Below, piece by piece: positions 1 to 10,099 of a stretch of DNA of 32,000 nucleotides (the stretch's first letter is position 1; each line of letters begins with the position of its first letter). The notes under the pieces were generated by a model. It had not been told where the DNA came from and did no database searches. It saw only the letters and a program-made list of their open reading frames with translations. The DNA comes from Pseudomonas aeruginosa (GTDB lineage: Bacteria; Pseudomonadota; Gammaproteobacteria; Pseudomonadales; Pseudomonadaceae). The position numbers and the translations under genes were made by a program. The DNA lies in NCBI RefSeq assembly GCF_001457615.1, contig NZ_LN831024.1, positions 1,710,001-1,742,000 of the forward strand. The letters run 5' to 3'.

Positions 1-2375
1 ACGCGGTCGGTCAGATCACCCGCGTCACCCGTGGCGACGGCAGCTGGCTGAGCTACGAATACGACGACGCACGGCGCCTGGTAGCGATCGGCAACAACCT
101 CGGCGAACGCCTCGAATACGACGTCGACACCAAGGGCAATCGCACCGCCCAGCGCATCAAGGACGCCAGCGGCAGCCTGGTGCGCCAGCAGCAATGGGCC
201 TACGACGAGCTTGGCCGGCTGCTCCGTGCGGTCGGCGCCGGCGGCCAGACACGCAGCTTCGCCTACGACCTCAACGACAATCCGGTCGGCGAAACCAACC
301 CGCGCCAGTTCGCCCACAGCCAGGCCTTCGATGCCCTCGACCGGCTGGTCGGCCAGAGCGATCCCCTCGGCGGCAAGACCCGACTCGCCTACGACGCCCA
401 GGACAACCTCACCGAGGTCAAGGACCCGCGCGGTGTCACCACCCGCTACGAATACGACGGCCTCGGCAACCTGACCCGACTGGTCAGCCCGGACAGCGGC
501 ACCACCACCTTCGAGCACGACGCCGCCGGCAACGTCATCCGCCGCACCGACGCTCGCGGTGCGGTCACCGAGTATCGCTACGACGCCCTCAATCGGCTGG
601 TCGAGCGCCGCTCGCCGAGCGACCCGAGCCTCGACGTACAGTACCGCTACGACCTCACCGCCGACGGCAACAAGGGCATCGGCCGCCTGGGCGCCATCGA
701 TGGCGCTCGCGACAGCCTGGTGTACCGCTACGACGAGCGCGGCAACCTGGTCGAGCAGGTGCGCAGCATCCGCCTCGACCAGCAGACCCTGCTCGACCGC
801 GTGACCTACCGCTACGACGCGGCCAACCAACTGCTGGAGATCGGCTACCCCTCCGGCCTCGCCATCGGCTACCCGCGCAACGCCGGCGGCCAGGTCGCCA
901 GCGTGACCCTGGCAGTGGGCGACAAGGCGCCGAGCCCCCTGGTCGGGCAGATCGCCTACCTGCCCTTCGGCCCGCTGCAGCGCCTGACCTGGGGCAACGG
1001 CATCGCCCTCAGCCGCGAGTACGACCAGGACTACCAACTGCTGCGGCAGAAGGTCGGCCCCTGGCAGAGCGACTACCAGCACGATGCCAATGGCAATATC
1101 CAGCAGCACCGCCATAGCCTCTGGGGCACCCTGGACTACCAGTACGACCCGCTGGACCGCCTGACCGAGGAACGCGGCGTCCAGGGCGGGCGCAGCTATG
1201 CCTACGACGCGGTCGGCAACCGCACCCAACGCAGCGACAACCCCGCCTCAGGCGGCACCGCCAGCAGCCAGGACTACCAGTACGCGCCCGACAGCAACCG
1301 ATTGACCGCCATCGGCGCGCAAGCGGTGACCAGCGACGCCGCCGGCAACCTCACCCAGGACCGCGCCGCGCGCAAACTGGCCTACGACGCCCAGGGCCGC
1401 CTGCAAAGCGTCAGCCTCGACGGCCAGCAGGTCGCCGAATACCGCTACAACGCCCTCGGCCAGCGCATCGTCAAGCTCACCCCCGAGAGCGTCACCACCT
1501 ACCTCTACGGTCCCGACGGCCAATTGCTCGGCGAAGCCGAACACGACGGCAGCGGCCGGAAACTGCGAGCCCAGTACTACCTGTGGCTGGACAGCCTGCC
1601 GCTGGCCACCATCGACGCCGACTACGACGCCCAGGGCAAGGTCGGCAACCCGACCCTGCTCTACCTCCATGGCGACCACCTCGACACCCCGCGCCTGGCC
1701 ACCGACGCCAGCGGCCAGATCGCCTGGCAGTGGCAGTCCGACGCCTTCGGCCGCGGCGAAGCGCTGAGCCAGGGCAGCACCCAGGTCAACCTGCGCTTCC
1801 CCGGGCAGTACTACGATGCGGAGAGCGGGCTGCACTACAACTACTTCCGCGACTATGATCCGGAGACTGGGCGGTATGTGGAGAGTGATCCGATTGGACT
1901 AAGTGGGGGAGTGAACACATACGGATATGTACAGGGAGCCCCCCTCAACCGTATTGATCCTTTAGGTCTAGCAGCAATAGAGATTGATATTCCTAAATCA
2001 GCATACGATTGGATACCCGAAAATATTCGATTACCTGCGGGAAGACTGTTAGGGGGAGCATTGCTGGTGGCTAGTATTTCCGGAGCTACGCCACAAGCTG
2101 ACAGCGATACAAAAGAGCAAAACTGCCCAAAAGACTGCCCGCCGTGCAAGACAATTAGCGGCAGGATCATTCCTGTTGGAACCTTGGGCTATAGACCATT
2201 AGACATTATTCCAGACGACGAAATGCAACACGGGGTTTATGGATCTCATCACAACATGTTTGTTGCCAATCAGAACCCCAACAATTGCCGATGCTTCTGG
2301 CAGAAGAAAAACTACGTATTAAAACCTGAGCAGCTTCCGAAAAACGCAGTTCCAGTAGAGCCGTTTATAAACTGA
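1..2375 (+). CDS. Rhs/YD-repeat polymorphic toxin, 5'-partial (reading frame open from nt 3; N-terminus lies outside the window)
   Basis: The ORF-track entry 180..2375 stays open upstream to the window edge in the same frame (AVGQITRVTRGDGSWLSYEYDDARRL...). It has many YD repeats (YDxxGNL/RxxDxxG). The end of the Rhs core is canonical: RFPGQYYDAESGLHYNYFRDYDPETGRYVESDPIGLSGGVNTYGYVQGAPLNRIDPLGL. Confidence 0.9.
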   Translation, partial: AVGQITRVTRGDGSWLSYEYDDARRLVAIGNNLGERLEYDVDTKGNRTAQRIKDASGSLVRQQQWAYDELGRLLRAVGAGGQTRSFAYDLNDNPVGETNPRQFAHSQAFDALDRLVGQSDPLGGKTRLAYDAQDNLTEVKDPRGVTTRYEYDGLGNLTRLVSPDSGTTTFEHDAAGNVIRRTDARGAVTEYRYDALNRLVERRSPSDPSLDVQYRYDLTADGNKGIGRLGAIDGARDSLVYRYDERGNLVEQVRSIRLDQQTLLDRVTYRYDAANQLLEIGYPSGLAIGYPRNAGGQVASVTLAVGDKAPSPLVGQIAYLPFGPLQRLTWGNGIALSREYDQDYQLLRQKVGPWQSDYQHDANGNIQQHRHSLWGTLDYQYDPLDRLTEERGVQGGRSYAYDAVGNRTQRSDNPASGGTASSQDYQYAPDSNRLTAIGAQAVTSDAAGNLTQDRAARKLAYDAQGRLQSVSLDGQQVAEYRYNALGQRIVKLTPESVTTYLYGPDGQLLGEAEHDGSGRKLRAQYYLWLDSLPLATIDADYDAQGKVGNPTLLYLHGDHLDTPRLATDASGQIAWQWQSDAFGRGEALSQGSTQVNLRFPGQYYDAESGLHYNYFRDYDPETGRYVESDPIGLSGGVNTYGYVQGAPLNRIDPLGLAAIEIDIPKSAYDWIPENIRLPAGRLLGGALLVASISGATPQADSDTKEQNCPKDCPPCKTISGRIIPVGTLGYRPLDIIPDDEMQHGVYGSHHNMFVANQNPNNCRCFWQKKNYVLKPEQLPKNAVPVEPFIN
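1971..2372 (+). other. Rhs C-terminal variable toxin domain (134 aa) following the DPLGL motif; HNH/Endonuclease-VII-like by motif
   Basis: DPLGL is encoded at 1956..1970. Downstream comes a hydrophobic linker (AGRLLGGALLVASISGA), then CPKDCPPC ... YGSHHNMFVANQNPNNCRC. That is Cys pairs flanking an HH-N-N core, as in zinc-stabilised beta-beta-alpha-Me nucleases. The composition is AT-richer than the core. Confidence 0.5.
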
Positions 2376-2383
2376 GGTTACTC

Positions 2384-2623
2384 ATGAGATATTCAAATGG
2401 AAAAAAAGTAGAGCTGGGAGACAAAATTGATCTTGGCGACGGAGATACAGCTATAATTGTCGGAATCATTGATGAGAATCTCTACTCAGAAGAATACCCC
2501 AAAAGTGATTGGGAATACTTAAAATCAGGACTATTGATGCTCACAAGAGACTCAACACTACTCCACTACCCAAAAATAGAAGACGAGATAAAACTAATAA
2601 GCAGAAAAAATCAAGTAAATTGA
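2384..2623 (+). CDS. putative cognate immunity protein of the Rhs toxin (79 aa, acidic, no recognised family)
   Basis: It starts 8 nt after the rhs stop, with GAGG 5 nt upstream of the ATG. It is on the same strand and very AT-rich (about 38 percent GC in a hand-counted 60-nt line). This position and size are canonical for Rhs immunity genes. Confidence 0.6.
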   Translation: MRYSNGKKVELGDKIDLGDGDTAIIVGIIDENLYSEEYPKSDWEYLKSGLLMLTRDSTLLHYPKIEDEIKLISRKNQVN

Positions 2624-2773
2624 AGGTCTCCAACCATCTTTAAGACCAACTTAAACCTTGTCGCATTCCAGATGGTGTCTTTGATGCTAATTACGGCGAG
2701 CTTGCAAGCATGCTGGCAGGCTTAGTTAAGTCAAACCTCGATATCGAACTGGGGGAGCTGTGGCGCCGGCCCG

Positions 2774-2788
2774 GTCCCCTTTATGGTC
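2774..2788. repeat. 15-bp perfect direct repeat, copy 1 (GTCCCCTTTATGGTC), spanning the tRNA 5' flank and its first nucleotides
   Basis: Identical 15-mer at 3314..3328. With one gap the match extends to 18/19 (..GTC[C]GTA). Confidence 0.8.
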
Positions 2789-2860
2789 CGTAGCTCAATT
2801 GGTTAGAGCATCCCCCTCCTAAGGGGAAGGTTGGAGGTTCGACCCCTCTCCGGGACGCCA
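2784..2860 (+). tRNA. tRNA-Arg (anticodon CCT) with encoded CCA; the 5' acceptor strand does not match the 3' strand
   Basis: D arm GCTC 2793-2796 / GAGC 2806-2809. Anticodon stem TCCCC/GGGGA with loop CTCCTAA (CCT at 2818-2820). Variable loop AGGTT. T arm GGAGG-TTCGACC-CCTCT. 3' acceptor CCGGGAC, G73, CCA ending at 2860. The 5' acceptor 2784-2790 is TGGTCCG, whereas GTCCCGG would be needed for pairing. Confidence 0.8.
2844..2860. repeat. 17-bp direct repeat, copy 1 (tRNA 3' end CCCTCTCCGGGACGCCA), att-like
   Basis: 15/17 identical copy at 4885..4901 (CCCTCTTCGGGACGCTA) in the same orientation. Confidence 0.6.
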
Positions 2861-2910
2861 TTTCATGCTCTGCTCCAGCTTCCCTCGCCGCTTCGACAGT
2901 CCGCTTGCCG

Positions 2911-3136
2911 TCACTTTCTCCGATAGCTTTTCTTGCCGCCCGGCGTCAGGCAGTACACCCCTCCGCGCGGGCCCGTGCAGAACGAGCCGCTGCCACAGGC
3001 ACAGCCCTGCGTCGTGCCTTGCAGACGCTGTACGGCGGGTTGTCCGGTACCTCCGCCGGCGTTGCCGAAGTAGGCCGCGCAACTGCGCTTCGAGGCGCTG
3101 ATGGAGCCGTCGTTGCAGAGGAAGATATCGCAGAGA
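2911..3136 (-). pseudogene. 3' fragment of a GC-rich Cys-rich small-protein gene, interrupted at its 5' side by the MITE-like element
   Basis: The minus-strand frame reads LCDIFLCNDGSISASKRSCAAYFGNAGGGTGQPAVQRLQGTTQGCACGSGSFCTGPRGGVYCLTPGGKKSYRRK*. The first 16 codons of ORF-track entry 2911..3186 are encoded by the inverted-repeat element, so they are not native. Confidence 0.35.
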
Positions 3137-3320
3137 AAAGGGGACAGATTTATTTTTACTACTCTAATTTCAGCGACTGCGCCCACGCTGAACTACTCAA
3201 AGCAAATAACTCGCTAAACCATGCGCCCTTGCCTAGGCATCGCGAAATTCCTTTACGGCATCTGAACTGGAGTCTCCATGCTAGAAAAATTAGAGTGGAG
3301 AAAATAAATCTGTCCCCTTT
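3137..3320. mobile_element. MITE-like nonautonomous element, 184 bp, about 34-bp imperfect terminal inverted repeats, no coding capacity
   Basis: The left end is AAAGGGGACAGATTTATTTTTACTACTCTAATTT (from 3137). The reverse complement of the right end is AAAGGGGACAGATTTATTTTCTCCACTCTAATTT (ending at 3320). They match at 30 of 34 positions. The interior is AT-rich and has no ORF. Confidence 0.55.
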
Positions 3321-3328
3321 ATGGTCGT
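3314..3328. repeat. 15-bp perfect direct repeat, copy 2 (GTCCCCTTTATGGTC), spanning the MITE right terminus and its flank
   Basis: Identical to 2774..2788. Confidence 0.8.
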
Positions 3329-3549
3329 ATGAGGAATGTTCGGGTGGAAGCGTTAAGATCACTAGCGCCGGGGCAGAATCTCTGACAGTACCTATGCGAC
3401 CTACACCAATACTGATGGCACAACCCTGAACCTAACCGCAGGACGGTACGCCGAGCTTTGAAGCATGAACAGCTGGATCCTGAAGTGAATCGTAGCCACA
3501 GAGATGTGGCTATCGGCTACAATCGGCGCCTGTCAGTCTGGAGGATGCC

Positions 3550-4803
3550 ATGTACGCGATGCTCACCGGTGCAACCCTGCTCATATTTGCAGTGGCTGCG
3601 AGGCTTCTAGCGCGTAGCGCCATACACCCCTCGGTCGCTATGCCTATCACCTGGGGGCTAGGTCTCATCGGTGTCAGTCTAGCATCGTTGATAGGGTTCT
3701 ACCGTGTCGAGTCTGATGCACTGCTAATTTTTCTGTTTGGTGTGATGTCATTCTCCCTCTCCGCTGGGTGTTTCTCGTTTCTTTACAACGGTTACTTTCG
3801 TGCGCCGAGTTCAAATTTTCTGTTCGATAGCGAACTTCGGACCAGGGCGCTCGTAATCTTTTTCTGCTTGGCGCACATCGTATTTCTTACGGTAATTTAT
3901 AGAGACTTGTCTTCTATAGCTCCAACACTGCGCGAGGCTGCGTATATGGCGCGCGCCCAGTCTGTATCCGGTGAGCCCGTTTTAAGCTCGCTCTCAATGA
4001 ACTATTTACAGCTTGGACAGACCGTCATACCACTTGTGGTTTTACTATACTTGCGCGGTAAGTGTGGAGTCCTAGGCTTCTTGGCTATATCTGTTCCATG
4101 GATGGGGGTTATCTTGCTCGCAAGTGGTCGAGCATCACTTATGCAGATGCTTGTCGGGTTATTCTTTATCTACATACTTGTCAAGGGGAGTCCTTCTTTA
4201 AAAAGCCTTCTTGTAATAGGTTTGGCAATGTTTTTAGTTATTGCTGTTGGCGCTGTCGCTACATCCAAGATTCAATTTCATGAAGGTGATGGGATCTCGA
4301 CTCTTTTCATAGAGCTCTATCGTCATGTGGCGGGATATGCTTTGCAAGGGCCTGTTCTCTTCGATAGGTACTATCAGGGCTCAATACATTTAGAGCCATA
4401 TTGGTCGCCGCTAAATGGCTTTTGCAGCATATTGGCTACAGTTGGTCTCTGCCAGAAACCCCCTCTTCATCTTGACTTCTATGAGTATGCGCCTGGTGAA
4501 CTCGGCAACGTTTACTCGATGTTCTTCTCAATGTATCCGCACTATGGCGCTTTGGGCGTAATAGGAGTGATGGCTCTGTATGGAATGCTTTGCTCTTATG
4601 CATACTGTAAAGCGAAGAAAGGTAGCCTATACTTTACAGTCCTTTCCTCGTACCTCTTTTCTGCCATTGTCTTTTCCCTGTTCAGTGACCAGATATCCAC
4701 CTCCTGGTGGTTCTACGTCAAGATGACAATAATTCTTGGAATTCTGTGCTTCGTATTCAGGCGAGATCGAATGTTCGTGATCCGCCTTCCACAAGCTGGG
4801 TAA
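3550..4803 (+). CDS. Wzy-like oligosaccharide repeat-unit (O-antigen) polymerase, polytopic membrane protein (417 aa)
   Basis: Strong RBS (GGAGGA) 4 nt before the ATG. There are about 10-12 hydrophobic segments and a large hydrophilic loop near residues 250-310 (HEGDGISTLFIELYRHVAGYALQGPVLFDRYYQGS...). An ASGRASLMQ segment is typical of Wzy/O-antigen-ligase-type proteins. GC is about 45 percent by hand count, against about 67 percent in the flanking core. Confidence 0.6.
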   Translation: MYAMLTGATLLIFAVAARLLARSAIHPSVAMPITWGLGLIGVSLASLIGFYRVESDALLIFLFGVMSFSLSAGCFSFLYNGYFRAPSSNFLFDSELRTRALVIFFCLAHIVFLTVIYRDLSSIAPTLREAAYMARAQSVSGEPVLSSLSMNYLQLGQTVIPLVVLLYLRGKCGVLGFLAISVPWMGVILLASGRASLMQMLVGLFFIYILVKGSPSLKSLLVIGLAMFLVIAVGAVATSKIQFHEGDGISTLFIELYRHVAGYALQGPVLFDRYYQGSIHLEPYWSPLNGFCSILATVGLCQKPPLHLDFYEYAPGELGNVYSMFFSMYPHYGALGVIGVMALYGMLCSYAYCKAKKGSLYFTVLSSYLFSAIVFSLFSDQISTSWWFYVKMTIILGILCFVFRRDRMFVIRLPQAG

Positions 4804-4840
4804 TCATCAGTGGTTTGTATTGTGCTGTATATGGCTTTCG

Positions 4841-5281
4841 TTAGAAATCCCTCTCAAACTCCCTAGCATCTGCATCAATGGCGTCCCTCTTCGGGACGCT
4901 ATGTGCCAAACTTCCGTCGTTCCGCGTTGCAGGAAAGAATATCTCCATACCATATCTCGTATGCATATGCGCCAACTCCATAAGGAGAGAAATTATTTGG
5001 CAATGAGCTAATATTCGAGTGAATTTCATGCTTCTTGCCGTTAATGTGTAGACAGTATTTATTACCTGGGCTCTACCTTGGGGACTCCCCGCATCGCTCC
5101 TGATGTCTCTGAGCTTGTTTTCACCTCTTGGGATTGCCTTGCCGCCTGTCTTCGTCACCATCGGGGCGCGGCAAGCGACTGTTTCCAGTGCCTGACTGTG
5201 TAGAATTCCCATAGAGGCTTGGTACGTCGCCCAGAAGGCTGGATGCTTCGGATGCCGTTTGCATACGCTTGTCACTTCCAT
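4841..5281 (-). CDS. hypothetical protein (146 aa), no recognisable family; its 3' end crosses the att-like repeat
   Basis: ORF of intermediate GC, convergent with the wzy-like gene. Its start codon lies 25 nt from the amiE -35 box. No motif was recognised. Confidence 0.35.
   Translation of the reverse strand: MEVTSVCKRHPKHPAFWATYQASMGILHSQALETVACRAPMVTKTGGKAIPRGENKLRDIRSDAGSPQGRAQVINTVYTLTARSMKFTRILAHCQIISLLMELAHMHTRYGMEIFFPATRNDGSLAHSVPKRDAIDADAREFERDF
4885..4901. repeat. 17-bp direct repeat, copy 2 (CCCTCTTCGGGACGCTA), a degenerate copy of the tRNA-Arg 3' end; candidate attR
   Basis: 15/17 match to 2844..2860. It also sits inside a 7-bp-stem palindrome (GCGTCCC tcttc GGGACGC, 4881..4899) 78 nt after the wzy-like stop. 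Confidence 0.55.
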
Positions 5282-5305
5282 GTTTTACATAACGATACAT
5301 GAACC

Positions 5306-5334
5306 TTGACAGCTCCTTCCGACGGGGCTTATAA
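5306..5334 (+). promoter_or_regulatory. amiE sigma70-type promoter (TTGACA-N17-TTATAA)
   Basis: TTGACA at 5306-5311, a 17-nt spacer, then TTATAA at 5329-5334. It lies about 145 nt upstream of the amiE ATG and is followed by the leader. Confidence 0.6.
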
Positions 5335-5407
5335 GTGGCGCCATCAGGTCGTGCGCATCAGCGTCGATGTCGCGGGACCGAACCTAACGCATACGCACAG
5401 AGCAAAT

Positions 5408-5442
5408 GGGCTCTCCCGGGGTTACCCGGGAGGGCCTTTTTT
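5408..5442 (+). terminator. rho-independent terminator in the amiE leader (target of AmiR antitermination)
   Basis: GGGCTCTCCCGGG-GTTA-CCCGGGAGGGCC followed by TTTTTT. It lies between the promoter and the amiE RBS, matching the published ami operon control logic. Confidence 0.8.
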
Positions 5443-5458
5443 CGTCCCGAAAAAATAA

Positions 5459-6517
<1,059 letters not shown>

Positions 6518-6535
6518 CGGCAGACGCCGCCAGCC

Positions 6536-6560
6536 CGGCGTGCCGTCGTGCGGCACGCCG
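6536..6560 (+). terminator. GC-rich hairpin between amiE and amiB (possible partial terminator or processing site)
   Basis: CGGCGTGCCG-tcgtg-CGGCACGCCG, a 10-bp stem. No clear U-tract follows. Confidence 0.35.
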
Positions 6561-6599
6561 TCTCCGCCATTTCCCCCTGTGGCAGAAGGAGTTTCATCC

Positions 6600-9485
<2,886 letters not shown>

Positions 9486-9527
9486 GCGATCCGGGCCGAC
9501 CAGAACAATAACAAGAGGGGTATCGTC

Positions 9528-10046
9528 ATGATGCTGGGACTGGTTCTGCTGTACGTTGGCGCGGTGCTGTTTCTCAATGCCGTCTGGTTGCTGGGCAAGA
9601 TCAGCGGTCGGGAGGTGGCGGTGATCAACTTCCTGGTCGGCGTGCTGAGCGCCTGCGTCGCGTTCTACCTGATCTTTTCCGCAGCAGCCGGGCAGGGCTC
9701 GCTGAAGGCCGGAGCGCTAACCCTGCTATTCGCTTTTACCTATCTGTGGGTGGCCGCCAACCAGTTCCTCGAGGTGGACGGCAAGGGCCTCGGCTGGTTC
9801 TGCCTGTTCGTCAGCCTCACCGCCTGCACCGTGGCGATCGAGTCGTTCGCCGGCGCCAGTGGTCCGTTCGGCCTGTGGAACGCGGTCAACTGGACAGTCT
9901 GGGCGTTGCTCTGGTTCTGTTTCTTCCTGCTACTGGGGCTGTCCCGCAGCATCCAGAAGCCGGTGGCCTACCTGACCCTGGCCAGCGCCATATTCACCGC
10001 CTGGTTGCCCGGCCTGCTGCTGCTCGGGCAGGTGCTCAAGGCATAG
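9528..10046 (+). CDS. amiS: AmiS, AmiS/UreI-family amide channel (172 aa)
   Basis: Six hydrophobic helices ([38 protein letters not shown]...), last gene of the ami operon. Confidence 0.9.
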
Positions 10047-10054
10047 CAGGAAGT

Positions 10055-10096
10055 CGGAAAGGGATGGCGGCTTGCCGCCATCCCGTCCCTTCCGAA
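10055..10096. terminator. bidirectional hairpin terminator between the convergent amiS and lecB genes
   Basis: The core stem is GGGATGGCGG-cttg-CCGCCATCCC (10061..10084), with extended imperfect pairing on both sides. It sits in the 53-nt gap between two convergent stops. Confidence 0.6.
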
Positions 10097-10099
10097 CTC

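Noticed and set aside
2702-2757. tRNA promoter candidates (TTGCAA ... TTAAGT) and the 10-bp palindrome TCGATATCGA at 2748-2757
   Set aside because: The hexamers are weak and the spacing is ambiguous. The palindrome is short and has no supporting context.
2905-3429. 174-aa plus-strand ORF between the tRNA and the wzy-like gene
   Set aside because: It runs straight through the MITE-like element and through the antisense of the Cys-rich fragment. It has no RBS, and its composition changes three times along its length.
3321-3549. Search for an iap-like short hydrophobic ORF upstream of the wzy-like gene
   Set aside because: Only ORFs of 6-18 codons are present (MNSWILK, MRPTPILMAQP, MRNVRVEALRSLAPGQNL). 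None is hydrophobic or preceded by an RBS.
5051-5065. Possible third copy of the MITE terminus (GACAGTATTTATTAC versus GACAGATTTATTTTTAC)
   Set aside because: The similarity is short, AT-rich, needs an indel and lacks the GGGG end. It is in the wrong orientation to pair with either terminus around wzy, so it is probably chance.
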